A DNA stretch of 64,000 nt, taken from Phaeosaccion multiseriatum. Its lineage: Eukaryota; Protista; Ochrophyta, other classes. Position 1 is the stretch's first letter. Every line of letters begins with the position of its first letter. Positions 10,233 through 21,949 of the stretch are shown in pieces. The DNA lies in NCBI GenBank assembly GCA_965112735.1, contig OZ218960.1:62001-126000 (forward strand), written 5' to 3'. The position numbers were made by a program, and so were the translations under genes. The notes under the pieces are model-generated. The model saw only the letters and a program-made list of their open reading frames with translations, did no database searches and had not been told where the DNA came from.

Positions 10233-11327
10233 ATGCAGTCTTTTACTCTCATCGCCCTGGTGACGTGCCTGTCCAGCTCACTGGCATTCATGGTGAACAC
10301 CGGGCTCCAAAGGGCCATGATGGTGCAGCAGGCTCCTCAAGGAGTGAGGCGAGGGGGAATGAGCATGGAGTACATTCCGGACGGTATCTCACCCAAGCAG
10401 TGGGAAGAGATGAAGAAGAAGGAGAAAGCGAAGAAGGATGGCATTGACCTTGGGGTGAGTGCTCGGTAGAGAGACAGAGGAGACGAGCGAAGGTTGAAGG
10501 AAGAAGGTCAAAGGACGGACAAAATAACCCACTGGTCAACAACAGTCTGAAGGAGAGAAGAGGGGAGAGGGGGGAAGGTGCGCTCTTCATAACCTCATCT
10601 TCGTCCATTCCTTGCTCCCCTCTTGGTCTGATCCTGTACCCCTCTTCCAGTACACGGGCATCACAAAGTTCAAGAGCAAGTCATTTAAAGGTGAGGAGTT
10701 GCGGAGGGGAGGGAGGGAAGGCGGCTTGGCGTCCCACAAAAGGGAGGTGTGGCCCTGGCCGGAAAAGGTTTAAAGTGTCACTACTGGAAGAGCTGAGCCT
10801 TCCCTGGTATCGCCCTGCTGCTCCTGTCCTCTGTGCCCAACTCCTCAGATTGGCAGCTTTCCGGCCAGAAGGCGAACTGTAAGTAGCATATGTCGTTGCT
10901 TTTTCTCTGTTTTGCTTCCTCTCCCCCCCCCCCCCCCCCCCCCCGCCTCCACTCCCTCTCTCCTTTTTCTAACGCTTGTCCTCTTAACCAGAGGGCTCGC
11001 CACACTCATCGGAGGAGTGGATATGCCGTGGCTTGTCTCGTCTCTGCGCTCTACACACCTCCGCCCTTCTCACAAGTGGCCCCTCTCTTTCTTGTTCTCC
11101 TCCTGCTCCTGCTGCCGCTGCTTGCAGACCCGGGGGAGGACAAGAAGTCTCAGCCCTACATGAGGCAGGGGGGGGGCATCGACTGGGAGGAGGTGAAGCG
11201 GAAGAAGGAGGAGGACAGGCTGGCCAAGCTCAAGGGCGCCGCCAAGAGAAAGGAGGAGGCCAAGATGGCCAAGAACGCCCCCAAGGAGGACAAGCCCAAG
11301 AAGAAGGGGCTCTTCGGCATGTGGTAG
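10233..11327 (+). CDS. Small plastid-targeted basic protein of unknown function (YIPDG...W motif)
   Basis: Phase-compatible exons 10233-10454, 10651-10690, 10849-10878, 11128-11327. Signal peptide ending SSLA-F, then YIPDGISPKQWEEMKKKEK...G|YTGITKFKSKSFK|DWQLSG...PYMRQGG...KKKGLFGMW. Confidence 0.8.
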
Positions 11328-12475
11328 GCGCTTGCTCGGTGGGATATATGTCAAGGAAAGACGGAGCGGCTGTTCTTTAGAGTGCTGGAACGGAAGCAAT
11401 ATCTATGATTGTATACTTAGAGGGGAGGGGAGGGATCAGGGTGGGGCTGAGGAGGAGAGTTGACGCGGCGCTGGCAAAAGGCGCAGGCACGCGATGGGTG
11501 TGTAACGGCCAGCATAAACTTGTTGGGAAGCAGGGCCTGGGAAGAAAAGGGAAGCTGGCGGCTCCACAAAGAGGCCCGAGAGATGCAGAGCGTGCCACAT
11601 CTGCCACACCTGCGGGGCCAGCCATCCCAGGCACGCACAGAAAGGCGCTCAGCGGGGCTCATGAGCAATGGCTGGTCTGTGGCGGGCTTTACTTTTTTAT
11701 AAATATTGTATAATCATCCCCAACTATCAGAGGCCCGACCAAGGGAGGGGAGGGTGGACAGGGTGGGGGTGCGTCCCCCGATAGGGCCGAGGAGGGGGGG
11801 CACAGGGAGAAGCGTGCCAGCCATGCAGCAAGCCTGCACCACCGGACAGCCCACGCCGCTGCACACGCTTCAGTCAAGGGGCCATCCACTGCCCCTTGAT
11901 AACTTGTTGATTAATTTTAAAAAATATTAACTTCTTTTCACTGAAAATGTTTGTATTTGCTACTCCTGCCGACATAATTTCCCCAACCGGCCCAACCGGA
12001 AGACGGCTGTTGGCTCGCTTGGCGTGCCATCGTCGAGCGGCTCGCAGAGGGGCCGAAATCGCCTCCGCTGCTTCGGCCTCCCTTCTCTGCTCCTTCCTTC
12101 CCTTCTCCTCCTGCTTCTGCTCCTCCTCCTCCTCCTGCTGCTACTGCTGCTGCTGCTACAGCGGTTCTTGAATCTGAGCTGCGCAACTTGCAGTGCTGTG
12201 CGTTACAGTCAGTGTCTGTGTCCAACGCCCCCCCCCGTTCCAACAACTAAAAAAGAACTATTAACACAACTCCCTGCCCATTCTATGTCACAGAGGAAAC
12301 ACCTTTGAACATGTGCTCTCCCCCTGAGCAAAGTACACACACTTAGAGCCCCTTCCTGACGTGTCTACAAATCACGAATTCCTCACGGCCCTCAAGCTGA
12401 GCAACACCCCCCCCCCCCCCTCCGCCTCTGCCGCCTAAGCTTTGCCATGTTAGGTCCTGTAGCCTCTCAAGCTCG

Positions 12476-12660
12476 CTATAGCAGCCCCCTCCGGCTCGCT
12501 GCGTAGACCTTGGCTGTAAGTGGCGGCTCCTCCCACTCATGGCCGATGAGCTGCGCTATTTGGGGGAAGCGGTCGCTGCCGAAGAAGTGGTGCCACTTGG
12601 AAGGGTCGGGCTCCACTCCCTGCACCGCCATTCGAGCGGAGGATCCACAGGGGGAAAACG

Positions 12661-12712
<52 letters not shown>

Positions 12713-14537
12713 GTGCGTGTGTGTGTGTGCGTGTGTGCGCGTGAAAGAGAGAGTGTGCGTGTATGTGTGTGATTGAGAGAGGGGAGGGGGGAGAGACAAG
12801 CGGGGGTTGGGAGGGGATAAAACTTTGAGAGAGTAATGAGAGAGTGGTTTAGAAAGAGAAAGAGGGAGCGAAGTGAGGATGAGAGGGCGAAGGGACAAGG
12901 GAGAGAGATAGCGCGGAGAGACGGAGAGAAGAGACAGTATGTGAGGAGGGAGGGGGTCAGAGGAAGGAGACAGAGTATGTGTGCGTAATACCAAGACAGT
13001 AGACTTGTGCTCTCCCACCTGCACAAAGATGGCGGGGGCGCCGAATGCCCCTCGATTGATCGCTTCCGCCGTCACCTCTGTCAGAGCCTCCTTCACCTGA
13101 GCCACAAGCAGAAGGGACGGAGTGAGGGAGGGAGTAAGCGAGTGGGTGAGGGAGTGAAGACAGATTTCCCGGGCCTACTCTCTGGCCTTCTCTCTGCCTT
13201 CGGTCGTTACCTGTGCGTCCTGAGCACGGGCTAGCAGGGCGGCGGATGTGGAAGTGTCCATTCCGACGGCAGCGCAGGCTTCTTGCAGACTCTACGGAGA
13301 GCCGAGGCAGAGACGCGAGAGTGGGGGGGGCGAGAGCGTCGGGAAGGGGGGGGGAGGAAGGGAGGGGTATGTTAGAGCTTATGAGCTCAGAGTAAGGTAC
13401 TAGGAAGCGAGGCCGCAGCAGGGATGCATGGGCAAAAGGCCGGGAACGCACTGGGCGGAAGAGAGAAGGAAAAGGGGGCTGCAATCACACAGAATAAATA
13501 CCCTCTTCTCGACGGCCTCACCTCGGGCGTGGTGATGTCCTCGTCTCTGCTCCAGATGCGGCTCCAGATCTCCCTGGTCAGCGCCTCCAGCCGCTCGGGC
13601 CGATCTATCTCAGTGGCCTTGAGCAGACGCATGGCGGGGAGGGTGCCCATGATCACCTTCAGCAGGGGCAGGCAGGGCCAGGCAGGGGCAGGCAGGGGCA
13701 GGCAGCGGCAGGCAGCGGCCGGATGAGTGCCGTGCAGGGGATTACACAGTGCCACGCGACTCGAGCCTCCCCTGATACGAGCCTCCGCTCGTCACCCATC
13801 GGCGCTGGGCAACGGATCGCAGCCCTGCGGGGCAAGCGGGGGGGGGGGGTGACGCTCATCGGTCGCTGCATCCGTCGTGAAAGCCCCCCCCCACCCTCCC
13901 CTCTCTCTCTCCCTCTTTCTCTCTCTCTCTCTTGTCCCTCCCCCGGTCTTTCTCTCTTTGTCTCCAAGGATGGGGGGCAGAGAAGACTCAAAGACGCCTC
14001 CTTTGCACAACACAACCAAAACTCCGGCGCTCCACAAGCCGATCTCCCCCACTGTCCTGCTCCTTCCTCCAAGTCCCCTCCAGTGGCTTACCATGGCCCC
14101 TCCAGTGCCTTCCTTACCTTGGGGTCTTTGGGGCGGGTGATGGGCACGTTAAAGTAGTTGGCCTGTCTCATGAGGTCCTGCGACATGTACTTGGCCTTGG
14201 CGGGAAGCATGCCGGGCGGGCGGTTCCTGAGACAAGGGGGATGGGGAGAAGTACTCTGAGAGGCAGGCCAACGAGGGGGTGACACACGATGTCGGTGATA
14301 CAAGAGAGCCTGTGAGCGTACCCTGTGGCCTTCATAACGCCTCCGAGGTAGAAGGGCCGTGTCGCAATCGTGGCACCCTTCCACGCCTTGTTGCGCTGCC
14401 GCAAAAGAGTCTCAAAGGCAAGCCAGGTGTCTGGAGAAAGGGGGGGAGGCGAGAACAAAAGGGGGAGAGGGAAGACGTGGGAGAAGTAGGCAGAGAGAGA
14501 GAATAGTGAGGGAGAGAGAGAAGGAAACACGGAAAGG

Positions 14538-14568
<31 letters not shown>

Positions 14569-14754
14569 GAATACGAAGAGAGAGAGGGGGGGAGAGAAGA
14601 GTGAAAGGGGGAGGAAGAGAGGGAAGGGGAGAGTGAGAGAGAGACGGGAAAGGGACTAAATGAGAGAGCGAGAGAGAATATTGCGGTGGAGAATCTTACA
14701 TGGGCTCGCCACATCGTAGAAGAGCTCGATCCGCAGGCTGGCAGCAGCCGCCAT
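12476..14754 (-). CDS. GSTK1: Glutathione S-transferase kappa (DsbA/HCCA-isomerase family)
   Basis: About 7 exons splice to MAAAASLRIELFYDVASP|YTWLAFE...RPFYLGGVMKATG|NRPPGMLPAKAKYM...IWSRIWSRDEDIT...AINRGAFGAPAIFV...FFGSDRFPQIA. These are the kappa-class motifs YDxxSPY, GAFGxP and FGSDR. Confidence 0.9.
12662..12770. repeat. (TG)n microsatellite in the last GSTK intron
   Basis: Directly visible. Confidence 0.9.
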
Positions 14755-15092
14755 GGTGTAAGGATTTTGGAAGTTCATTTTACTTTTGGTAAGCAGCGCA
14801 GATGGCATTGGATGTGCGTATCTCTCTCCCTCTCGACCTCTCGATCCCTCGGCTCCAGACTGGCCTAGAAGCCTTGCTGCCCTAGGCCGGCCATTTTTTC
14901 TCCCTAGGCCGGCGGTTCTAGGCCTAGGCCTCGACCTATCTGATTACTGATTACGGTCGGCGCAGCCGGCAGCCGGCCTGGTTGCTGATTACAGCCGGTG
15001 ACCGGTGACCAGCCGTATTACTGATTATGCGCCAGCCGGGGGCTGATTACTGATTACGGCCGGCGCACACCGTAATCTTGTCCAGGGTCGAA

Positions 15093-15548
15093 GGGAGGGA
15101 GGGAGGGAGGGAGGGAGGGAGGGAGGGAGGGAGGGAGGGAGGGAGGGAGGGAGGGAGGGAGGGAGGGAGGGAGGGAGGGAGGGAGGGAGGGAGGGAGGGA
15201 GGGAGGGAGGGAGGGAGGGAGGGAGGGAGGGAGGGAGGGAGGGAGGGAGGGAGGGAGGGAGGGAGGGAGGGAGGGAGGGAGGGAGGGAGGGAGGGAGGGA
15301 GGGAGGGAGGGAGGGAGGGAGGGAGGGAGGGAGGGAGGGAGGGAGGGAGGGAGGGAGGGAGGGAGGGAGGGAGGGAGGGAGGGAGGGAGGGAGGGAGGGA
15401 GGGAGGGAGGGAGGGAGGGAGGGAGGGAGGGAGGGAGGGAGGGAGGGAGGGAGGGAGGGAGGGAGGGAGGGAGGGAGGGAGGGAGGGAGGGAGGGAGGGA
15501 GGGAGGGAGGGAGGGAGGGAGGGAGGGAGGGTGGGAGGGAGGGAGGGA
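15093..15548. repeat. (GGGA)n tetranucleotide array, ~114 units
   Basis: Near-perfect array with one GTGG variant near 15531. Degenerate GGGA tracts continue at 15828-16071. Confidence 0.97.
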
Positions 15549-16072
15549 CAGAGGGGTAGAGGGATAGAAGGAGGTAGGGAGGGATGTAAAACGGCATGCG
15601 CTGTCGCCTACAGATAGGATAGAACTAGACACACGGACAAGGTAACAGCAACCCCAAAGCCAGCCTAGCAGCCAGCCTTGCCTCTATTAACTTATCACAT
15701 GCTAGTCCTAAACGACCACCTACGCACATAGGATAGTGAGAGCCACGCCATCCGTTCTCACCGTATCTGCCTGGGCCTGGGCCATTGACTTACGAATCGA
15801 CTTTCCACAGAGAGGAATAGCGGGATAGAGGGAGGGAGGGAGGGAGGGATGGAGGGATAGAAAGAGGGAGAATGGGAGGGGCGGAGGGAGGGAGGGAGGG
15901 AGGGAGGGAGGGAGGGAGGGACAGTGGGATAGACGGATACGAGGAGGTAGGGAGGGCGGAGGGATAGCGGGATAGACAGAGGGAGGGAGGGAGGGAGGGA
16001 GGGAGGGAAAGAAGGAAAGAGGAAGGGAGGGGCGGAGGAAGGAGGGAGGGAGGGAGGGAGGGAGGGAGGGAG

Positions 16073-16142
16073 TCGACCCTGGACAAGATTATCTGATTAC
16101 TGATTACGGCCGGTGCAGCACCGTAATCTTGTCCCTGGTCGA
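16073..16142. repeat. 70-bp hairpin mini-element with 19-bp inverted ends; related copies at 14931-15091 and 18523-18676
   Basis: TCGACCCTGGACAAGATTA...TAATCTTGTCCCTGGTCGA with an internal CTGATTACTGATTACGGCCGG. The same end sequence and internal motif recur at the other two sites. Confidence 0.75.
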
Positions 16143-16876
16143 TAGGCCTAGGCCGGGGGCCTGCGGCCCGCCTAGGCCGGCCGAATTTCGTCTCTAGGCC
16201 TAGGCTTCTAGGCCACTCTGGAGCCGACTCTCGCGGCTCCCATCCGCAATCACTAGCATTTTTTACATAGCATAGCATAGCAGTAGCATAGCAGCCCCAA
16301 CTGGTACGTCTGCAATACTTCCACGGAACGCATTGCGACTGTGCGCCTGCGAGAAGCCAAGCGCCCCTCCTCGCACCGGGGAAGCGCTGACGAAGGCACC
16401 ACACCGCAGCCAGTGCGCCCGGTCCCCCAAGCCCGACGCAGCTTCCAAGCTGCTGCGCTTGTGTTCTGCCCAACAGCTGTGCTCGTCTGCTGCCCCTCCC
16501 TGGGGGCTGCCCCGAATGCCCTCCCTCAGAGAGAGAGCGCGTTCCTTCCGAGGGGGGGCGAATCAACGGAGCCGCCATCGCAGCTCCTCACCCCCCGAGA
16601 CGTCTCCAGAGCCACGCATAGCGGCGGAAACACTCCTTCGCTAAATGGGGGGCCGCCAAAAAGAGGCGGAGAGACAGAGGGACAAGCGGTCTCCTGTCCC
16701 TCTCTCCTTCTCGCCTGCGCTGCTGCAAGCCTCACAGCAGCGGAGGCAGCTCCCGGCACCACTTCAGATAGAGACAAATCGCCAGAGAGAAGGAGAGGGC
16801 AGGAGAGAGAGGAAGATCGAAACACCGGGGGAGAAAGCGGAGCCCATGGGACGACGACCGACGCAGGAGAGATGAG

Positions 16877-17826
16877 TCAGCCCTTGGCCTGCGCAAAGGC
16901 CCCCATGACCAGCAGCAGCACCACCCCCAAGTGCAAGAAGACCGACCCCACGAACACGTAGAAGGCGGCGAGATTGCGCTTGCCGATGCACTTGCCCGTC
17001 CAAGGGCAGTGGTGGTCTAAGCCGTCGATGCAAAGGTTACACTCTCCACAGTGCTGCGCTGTATCTGGTCGCATCACTTCGCATCGCCCTGTTATGTTAG
17101 CGTGGAGTGGGTTGGGGTGCAAGGGTGGGTGGAGGGGAGAGTGTGGGTTGGTTGCTTGGTTGCTTGGTTGGTTGGCCGATTTAACAGAATGATTGCTCAA
17201 ACACTTTACTCACACAGACAACTACAAGCCCCAGTCCCTGATATGCTCCCATCCACTGCCATCCTCACGCACCACATAGTGTGCCCTCCTCTATTTGGTG
17301 CTCCTCGTGCCGCGCCCCCACCCCTCCCTCTCCTACTGCCGCGACTGCTGAGCCTGCCCCTGACGGCTGCCCAGGCCTTGCCCCGTAGATGATGCCCGGA
17401 TCACTACACGCCGTGAAGGAGAAGGCGCAAAGTAGTGTGGTGAAGCTCACGGCGAGCATGATAGCGATGTAGAAGGGGTACGAGGGCGCGCTGCTCGGTG
17501 GAGAGAGGGGGAAGATGAATAAGGGGGGGAGGAGAAGACGGGGCAGGGAGCGGGGTGGAGGAAGGGGTCTTGATGGGAGCAAACACACGTGCACAGATAG
17601 AAACTACATGGAAAGGAAGAGAGGGCTCTTCACTTCGGATGAGGACTTACACAAAGACGAAGACCACCACGGAGGGGACAATGATGAGGCAGTAGGTGAC
17701 GAGCATGCACTGGTACTGCGGCCCTACGAGGCAGTGGAAGGGGAACCCGCTGGCGCTCTGCTCCCCGCAGAGCAGGTAGCAGGCGCCCACCTTCTTAGGC
17801 CGGTGGGGGACGCATCCCTTGCCCAT
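16877..17826 (-). CDS. DHHC-type protein S-palmitoyltransferase
   Basis: Exons ~17826-17651, ~17492-17273, 17088-16877. TM segments, FTACSDPGII, and the Cys-rich domain LCG|RCEVMRPDTAQHCGECNLCIDGLDHHCPWTGKCIGKRN. Confidence 0.92.
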
Positions 17827-18522
17827 GTTTCCCGCCGCTGCTGCTCACACGGCTGGCTGCGTTGCGTCTCTCTGCGTGCTCTCCCGCCTCTGCCCTGGGC
17901 CACAGCTGCTGCGCTTCGGCCCGTTAGCCCTACTGTAATGTCCCGCTGTTCCTCTCCCTCCGTTCCAGCTTCCGCTTTTGCCTTTGGCACAGCTGCCGCT
18001 GCTTTTGGTCCACACACGCCTTCCCTGCCACTGATGCGGATTTCTATGCGTCGCTCCCCGGATCGTATCGCCTGCTGTGGCATGTTGGTACTTCCGCGGT
18101 TCCGTGGCGACTCGATCCATCACTGACTTACTCTCTCCGCTCTTTTTTTTCACATCTACGTGCTCACGCCCTCCTCCCTTGGTGCTTCCGTTTGTCTCGC
18201 ATACGTGCCACCGTGTGTGCATGAAACGAACAAAACAACCAAACGCAATCCCCCCCACAAAGCCTTCGACTACGAGCTTGCTAAGAGGCACAACTTTTAG
18301 GAGGATTCTAAAGTAGCCCGGGCCTTTGACACTCCTCACAGCAGCAAGCTCGTCGTCAAGCTCTCGATAAGGAAAGAGGACTGAAGCAGTCGATCGAGGC
18401 GCGGCGGCCGTCCCTTGAAGTGTAAGATAATTCACATGAGCTGGAGCTTGGAAGGGCTTCGCTTCAAGTCACCAAGGGCTTCCGAGTCACTTCAAAGTCA
18501 CAGCCAGACAGGAACAGGGGTT

Positions 18523-18705
18523 TCGACCCTGGACAAGTTTATCTGAATACTGATTACGGCCAGCCAGATTACTGATTATGGCGCCAACCGGGCCTGATTA
18601 CTGATTATTTCCGGCGCCAGCCGGCCTGATGACTGATTATATGGCGCCAGCCGGCCTCATTACTGATTATGGGCGGAGGGAGGGAGGGAGGGAGGGAGGG
18701 AGGGA
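18523..18705. repeat. Truncated copy of the TCGACCCTGGACAAG / CTGATTACTGATTA element followed by (GGGA)n
   Basis: Same left end as the 16073 copy, about five internal CTGATTACTGATTA...GGCGCCAGCCGG units, then a GGGA run. Confidence 0.7.
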
Positions 18706-19346
18706 GAGAGACCCTCCTCACCACCCTCCCCTTACGTCCCTCTTCAAAGCTTCAGAGGTGGTGGTATAGAGAGGAGTGGTCACCTTTTTTTAAATCTTAT
18801 TACTAGAGAAGAAGGGAGGGTGGGGGGGAGTGGCTGGAGAGCGGAGCACCAATGGCTGATGGAACTGGAAGGAGTCACAAGGTCAAAGCCCTGGCGGTGT
18901 TTGTTGCCGTCGGTGGCGCATCCACTCGACCATTCAATAGCTAACGGGGCGCTCGATTGCTTTGTGTATTGGTGGCCCCTCTACATCCATAAATACTTCC
19001 TTTCCTACCTCTCGCACGCACTCACCCCGGCCGCGCACGCTCGCACGCGTTCACTCGCCCTGCCTGTCCCGCACGCTTGCCCGCAGAGGCATTGCAAGTA
19101 GGCGGTATTGCAAATCCTCTCCCTATCCTTCTTGGGCAGCATTTATGACGTGAAGCCCCGGCGTCCCGTGTGCGCGTGGCGGGAAAACACGAAAATGCGA
19201 AAATCAAAATCATGTAACGGCCGTAACACCATCCAAGGCAGTTGGGTGTCACGCCCTGGCGACGACTTCACGCAGGATGAGAGTGGCAGGTGAAGAAGAA
19301 GAGGAGGGAGAGGAGCATCTTCCTCTCTTCTTCCTCTCTTCCTTCG

Positions 19347-19844
19347 ATGAACTACCACGCGAACTCCCTGCCCATCCGAAAGGCTGAGTGGGACGATAAC
19401 GGGGTGTCCTCTCTGGTGCAGTGCCGTATCGGCGAAGCCTCCCTCCCTGTGGTGCTTTGCGCACCACATGGGGGCAACGAGGTGGACGGGGCGCAGGCCG
19501 AGCGGTGGCAGCAACGGCCGGAGCACTTACCGGGGGTGAGGACTCTCAGCGACGTTGGTACACTCCAGCTATGTGAGGAGGTGGACAGGAGATTGACCCA
19601 GGTATGAATGAACGAGTTTTCCCTTGCGCAACGTTAATCATAATCCTACACTCCGTTACTTGACACTGCCCACATTGTGCTTGGTTGTACAGATGACAGG
19701 ACACGCAGCCTACGTGGTCATGGCTCGCTTCCATAGGCAATTCATAGACGCGAATAGGGACGCCTTGGACGATAACGTAAGAGATACAGACAGACAGACA
19801 GACAGACAGATAGACAGGACAGACAGACAGAGAGACAGACAGAC

Positions 19845-19875
<31 letters not shown>

Positions 19876-21949
19876 GCGAGAGAGGGAGAGAGAGGGAGAG
19901 GGAGAGAAAAAGAGAGAGAGAAAGAGAAAGAGAAAGGGAAAGGGAGAGGGAGTGAGGGAGAGGGAGAGAGAGAACGAGAGAGGGAGAGTGAGGGGGAGGG
20001 AGAGAGGGGAGTGGGGTAGATATTGATAGATTGGGGGGGAGGGAGAGTGTGAACGGTAGTAGCAGCCTGCTCTCACATCCAGTTGGGGGGCCTCCTCAGA
20101 GACTTCCCTACCTTCGTCTACCTCTCTCCCTCTCCCTCCTCCTCTCCCTCTCGACAGGCAGTGGCGGTGTGTCCCGGCTGCGAGTCTGCCCGGGAAACTC
20201 ACGACCTCTACCACTACCGCATCGACGCAGCCGTCAGGAAGCACAACGCGTGCCACAGGGAGGGGCGCCTGCTGCTGCTGGACATTCACGGCCAGGTGTG
20301 TGTGTGTGTGTGTGCGTGTCTGCGTGTTTGTGTGTGCGTGTGTGTATGTGTATGTGTGTGTGTCTGTGTGTATGTGTGCGTGTGTGTGTCTATGTCTCTC
20401 TGTGTGTGTGTGTGTGCGTCTGTGTGTGTATGCGTGTGTATGTGTGTGTGTGCGTGTGTGTGAGCGGGGGGTGTGTTTGCACGTGCCCCCCCTGTCTCAC
20501 CGTTAGTATGTGTGAGTTTGTTTTGCTCCTTCTCGGGAAGCGGGACGGCCTCTGACCTATGCACGCCCACACCCACACCCACCCACACACCCACACACTC
20601 ACCCACACGCTCACCCGCACCCACGCAGGCGAAGCACTCGGAGGCGGTGCTGTTGGGCACTCAGGGAGGAGACACGGCAGACATTGAGGCCCTGGAGCGG
20701 CCCGGGGAAGGCTTTCTCTGGCACCTGCGCAGGGAACTGGGGGGGGCGCTGCAGCAGGGGGGGGTGGCAGTGGATGGGTGTGTGTCTAGCACGGTCCTGC
20801 CCGAGAGGGGGGGGGTGGAGCTGAGCGGATACCGCGGAGGCTATACCGTGCAGAGGTGAGGTGTGCGAAGGTACAGAACAGGCATACGGGTATCACACAG
20901 GCATACGGGAGCATGCATCGCGTCTGCTCCTCTCCTGTCATGGCCGTGTTTCTATGCGGGTTGGTGATACATACGTGCTCACATACTCGATGGGCGTCTC
21001 CTGTCTGCTCGCCCTCCCTTCCTCTCCAGACACAGCGGCTTGGGGGTGAATGCCATTCAACTCGAGTTTGGGGATAAGTGGCGGAGAGCGGCGGGTAAGA
21101 GGGGGGAGGCCGCACAAGCATTGGCGACGGCCCTGTTCTACCACCTGCAGCCCCTCGTCCCCTTCGTGGCAGATGCGGTACGTAGTGAGGGTTACGTAAT
21201 TAGAGCAGCCAACGCGGAGCGAAGCAAAGCAGCAAGAGAGGAGAGAGAGAGATAGAGAGGGACAGACAGATGAAGATGGCGAGAGGGAGGAGAGGAAAGA
21301 TGGCATGGCTCAAGTCTTTTTACTTCAAGCGTCATCTCACTTGTTCGTTTCCGTTCTAGTTTCAATTTCAGAGTTGTTCTTGACGTCGTTGTCCCGACCC
21401 CCCTCCCCCCCCCCTCCTCCTCCTCCTCCTCCTCCTCCTCCTCGGCTTGTGTAGGCTCAGCGCCTGAGGGAGCCTTGGGGCAGAGAGCGGCAGCTCCGAG
21501 TGGTTGGGGCGTTACAGAAGTTAGGCCTCGCCACCCCTGCGCGGCTCATGGCCCTCCTTGAGAGCGGCAGCAGCAGCAGCAGCAGCAGCGAGGATGGCAG
21601 CGGAAGGGACAGTAGCGAAGATGTCAGTGGACGGGGAAGTCACTCTTGCTTGGGCGACGAGGATGGCAGTGGACGGGGAAGTCCTCCCATAGGCTTCCGA
21701 GGTGGGGCCATTAACAGCAAGAAGGACAAGGACCAGGCAGCAGCAGCATTAGCAGAAGGAGAAGATAGCAGCAATCATAGCAGCAGCATTGCGTATGTCA
21801 AGGGCAACAGCAGTATTGCATGGGTCAAGGGCAGCAGGAGCAGCCAGGGCCTAGCGCTGCTCAATGCCAAGCTGAGGCGGGCCCGGGAGCAAGAGCTCAA
21901 CGAGGGGGAGGCCGCCGCCCTTAGAGAGAGCTTTCGTATGCTGCTCTGA
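19347..21949 (+). CDS. N-formylglutamate amidohydrolase (HutG/FGase)-like Zn hydrolase with C-terminal extension
   Basis: Exons 19347-19601, 19693-19776, 20158-20295, 20629-20855, 21030-21177, 21455-21949. Motifs [10 protein letters not shown]-x-[36 protein letters not shown] and NAIQLEF occur in the expected order. Confidence 0.85.
19786..20017. repeat. (GACA)n and (GA)-rich polypurine tract, intronic
   Basis: Directly visible. Confidence 0.9.
20296..20462. repeat. Degenerate (GT)n starting at an intron donor
   Basis: Directly visible. The donor GT is the first unit of the run. Confidence 0.9.

Larger units (their letters stand above)
14849..16227. mobile_element. Non-autonomous foldback/MITE-like element (~1.38 kb) with 26-bp terminal inverted repeats
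   Basis: TCGGCTCCAGACTGGCCTAGAAGCCT (14849-14874) is the reverse complement of AGGCTTCTAGGCCACTCTGGAGCCGA (16202-16227) with 1 mismatch. Both ends have CCTAGG-rich subterminal zones. No coding capacity and no clear TSD. Confidence 0.65.

Noticed and set aside
11690-11935. AT-rich flanks resembling degenerate terminal inverted repeats
   Set aside because: The match is too gapped and short to support an element by eye.
12160-12220. MYND-like fragment LSCATCSAVRY, and a weaker one near 16400-16480
   Set aside because: Only part of the motif is present, with no downstream CQxxHW and no supportable gene model. At most a relic.
15025-15632. ORFs encoding (PPSL)n or (GGRE)n
   Set aside because: Translations of the (GGGA)n array, which has no stops in any frame. 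No evidence of coding.
17845-18435. 196-aa minus-strand ORF upstream of the DHHC gene
   Set aside because: It ends at a stop just before the DHHC ATG, has a non-ATG start and no domain signal. Probably promoter or 5' UTR sequence.
18523-18676. CRISPR-like appearance of the CTGATTACTGATTA repeats with spacers
   Set aside because: Repeats are only ~14 bp, spacers are short and similar to each other, the context is eukaryotic, and no cas genes are present.
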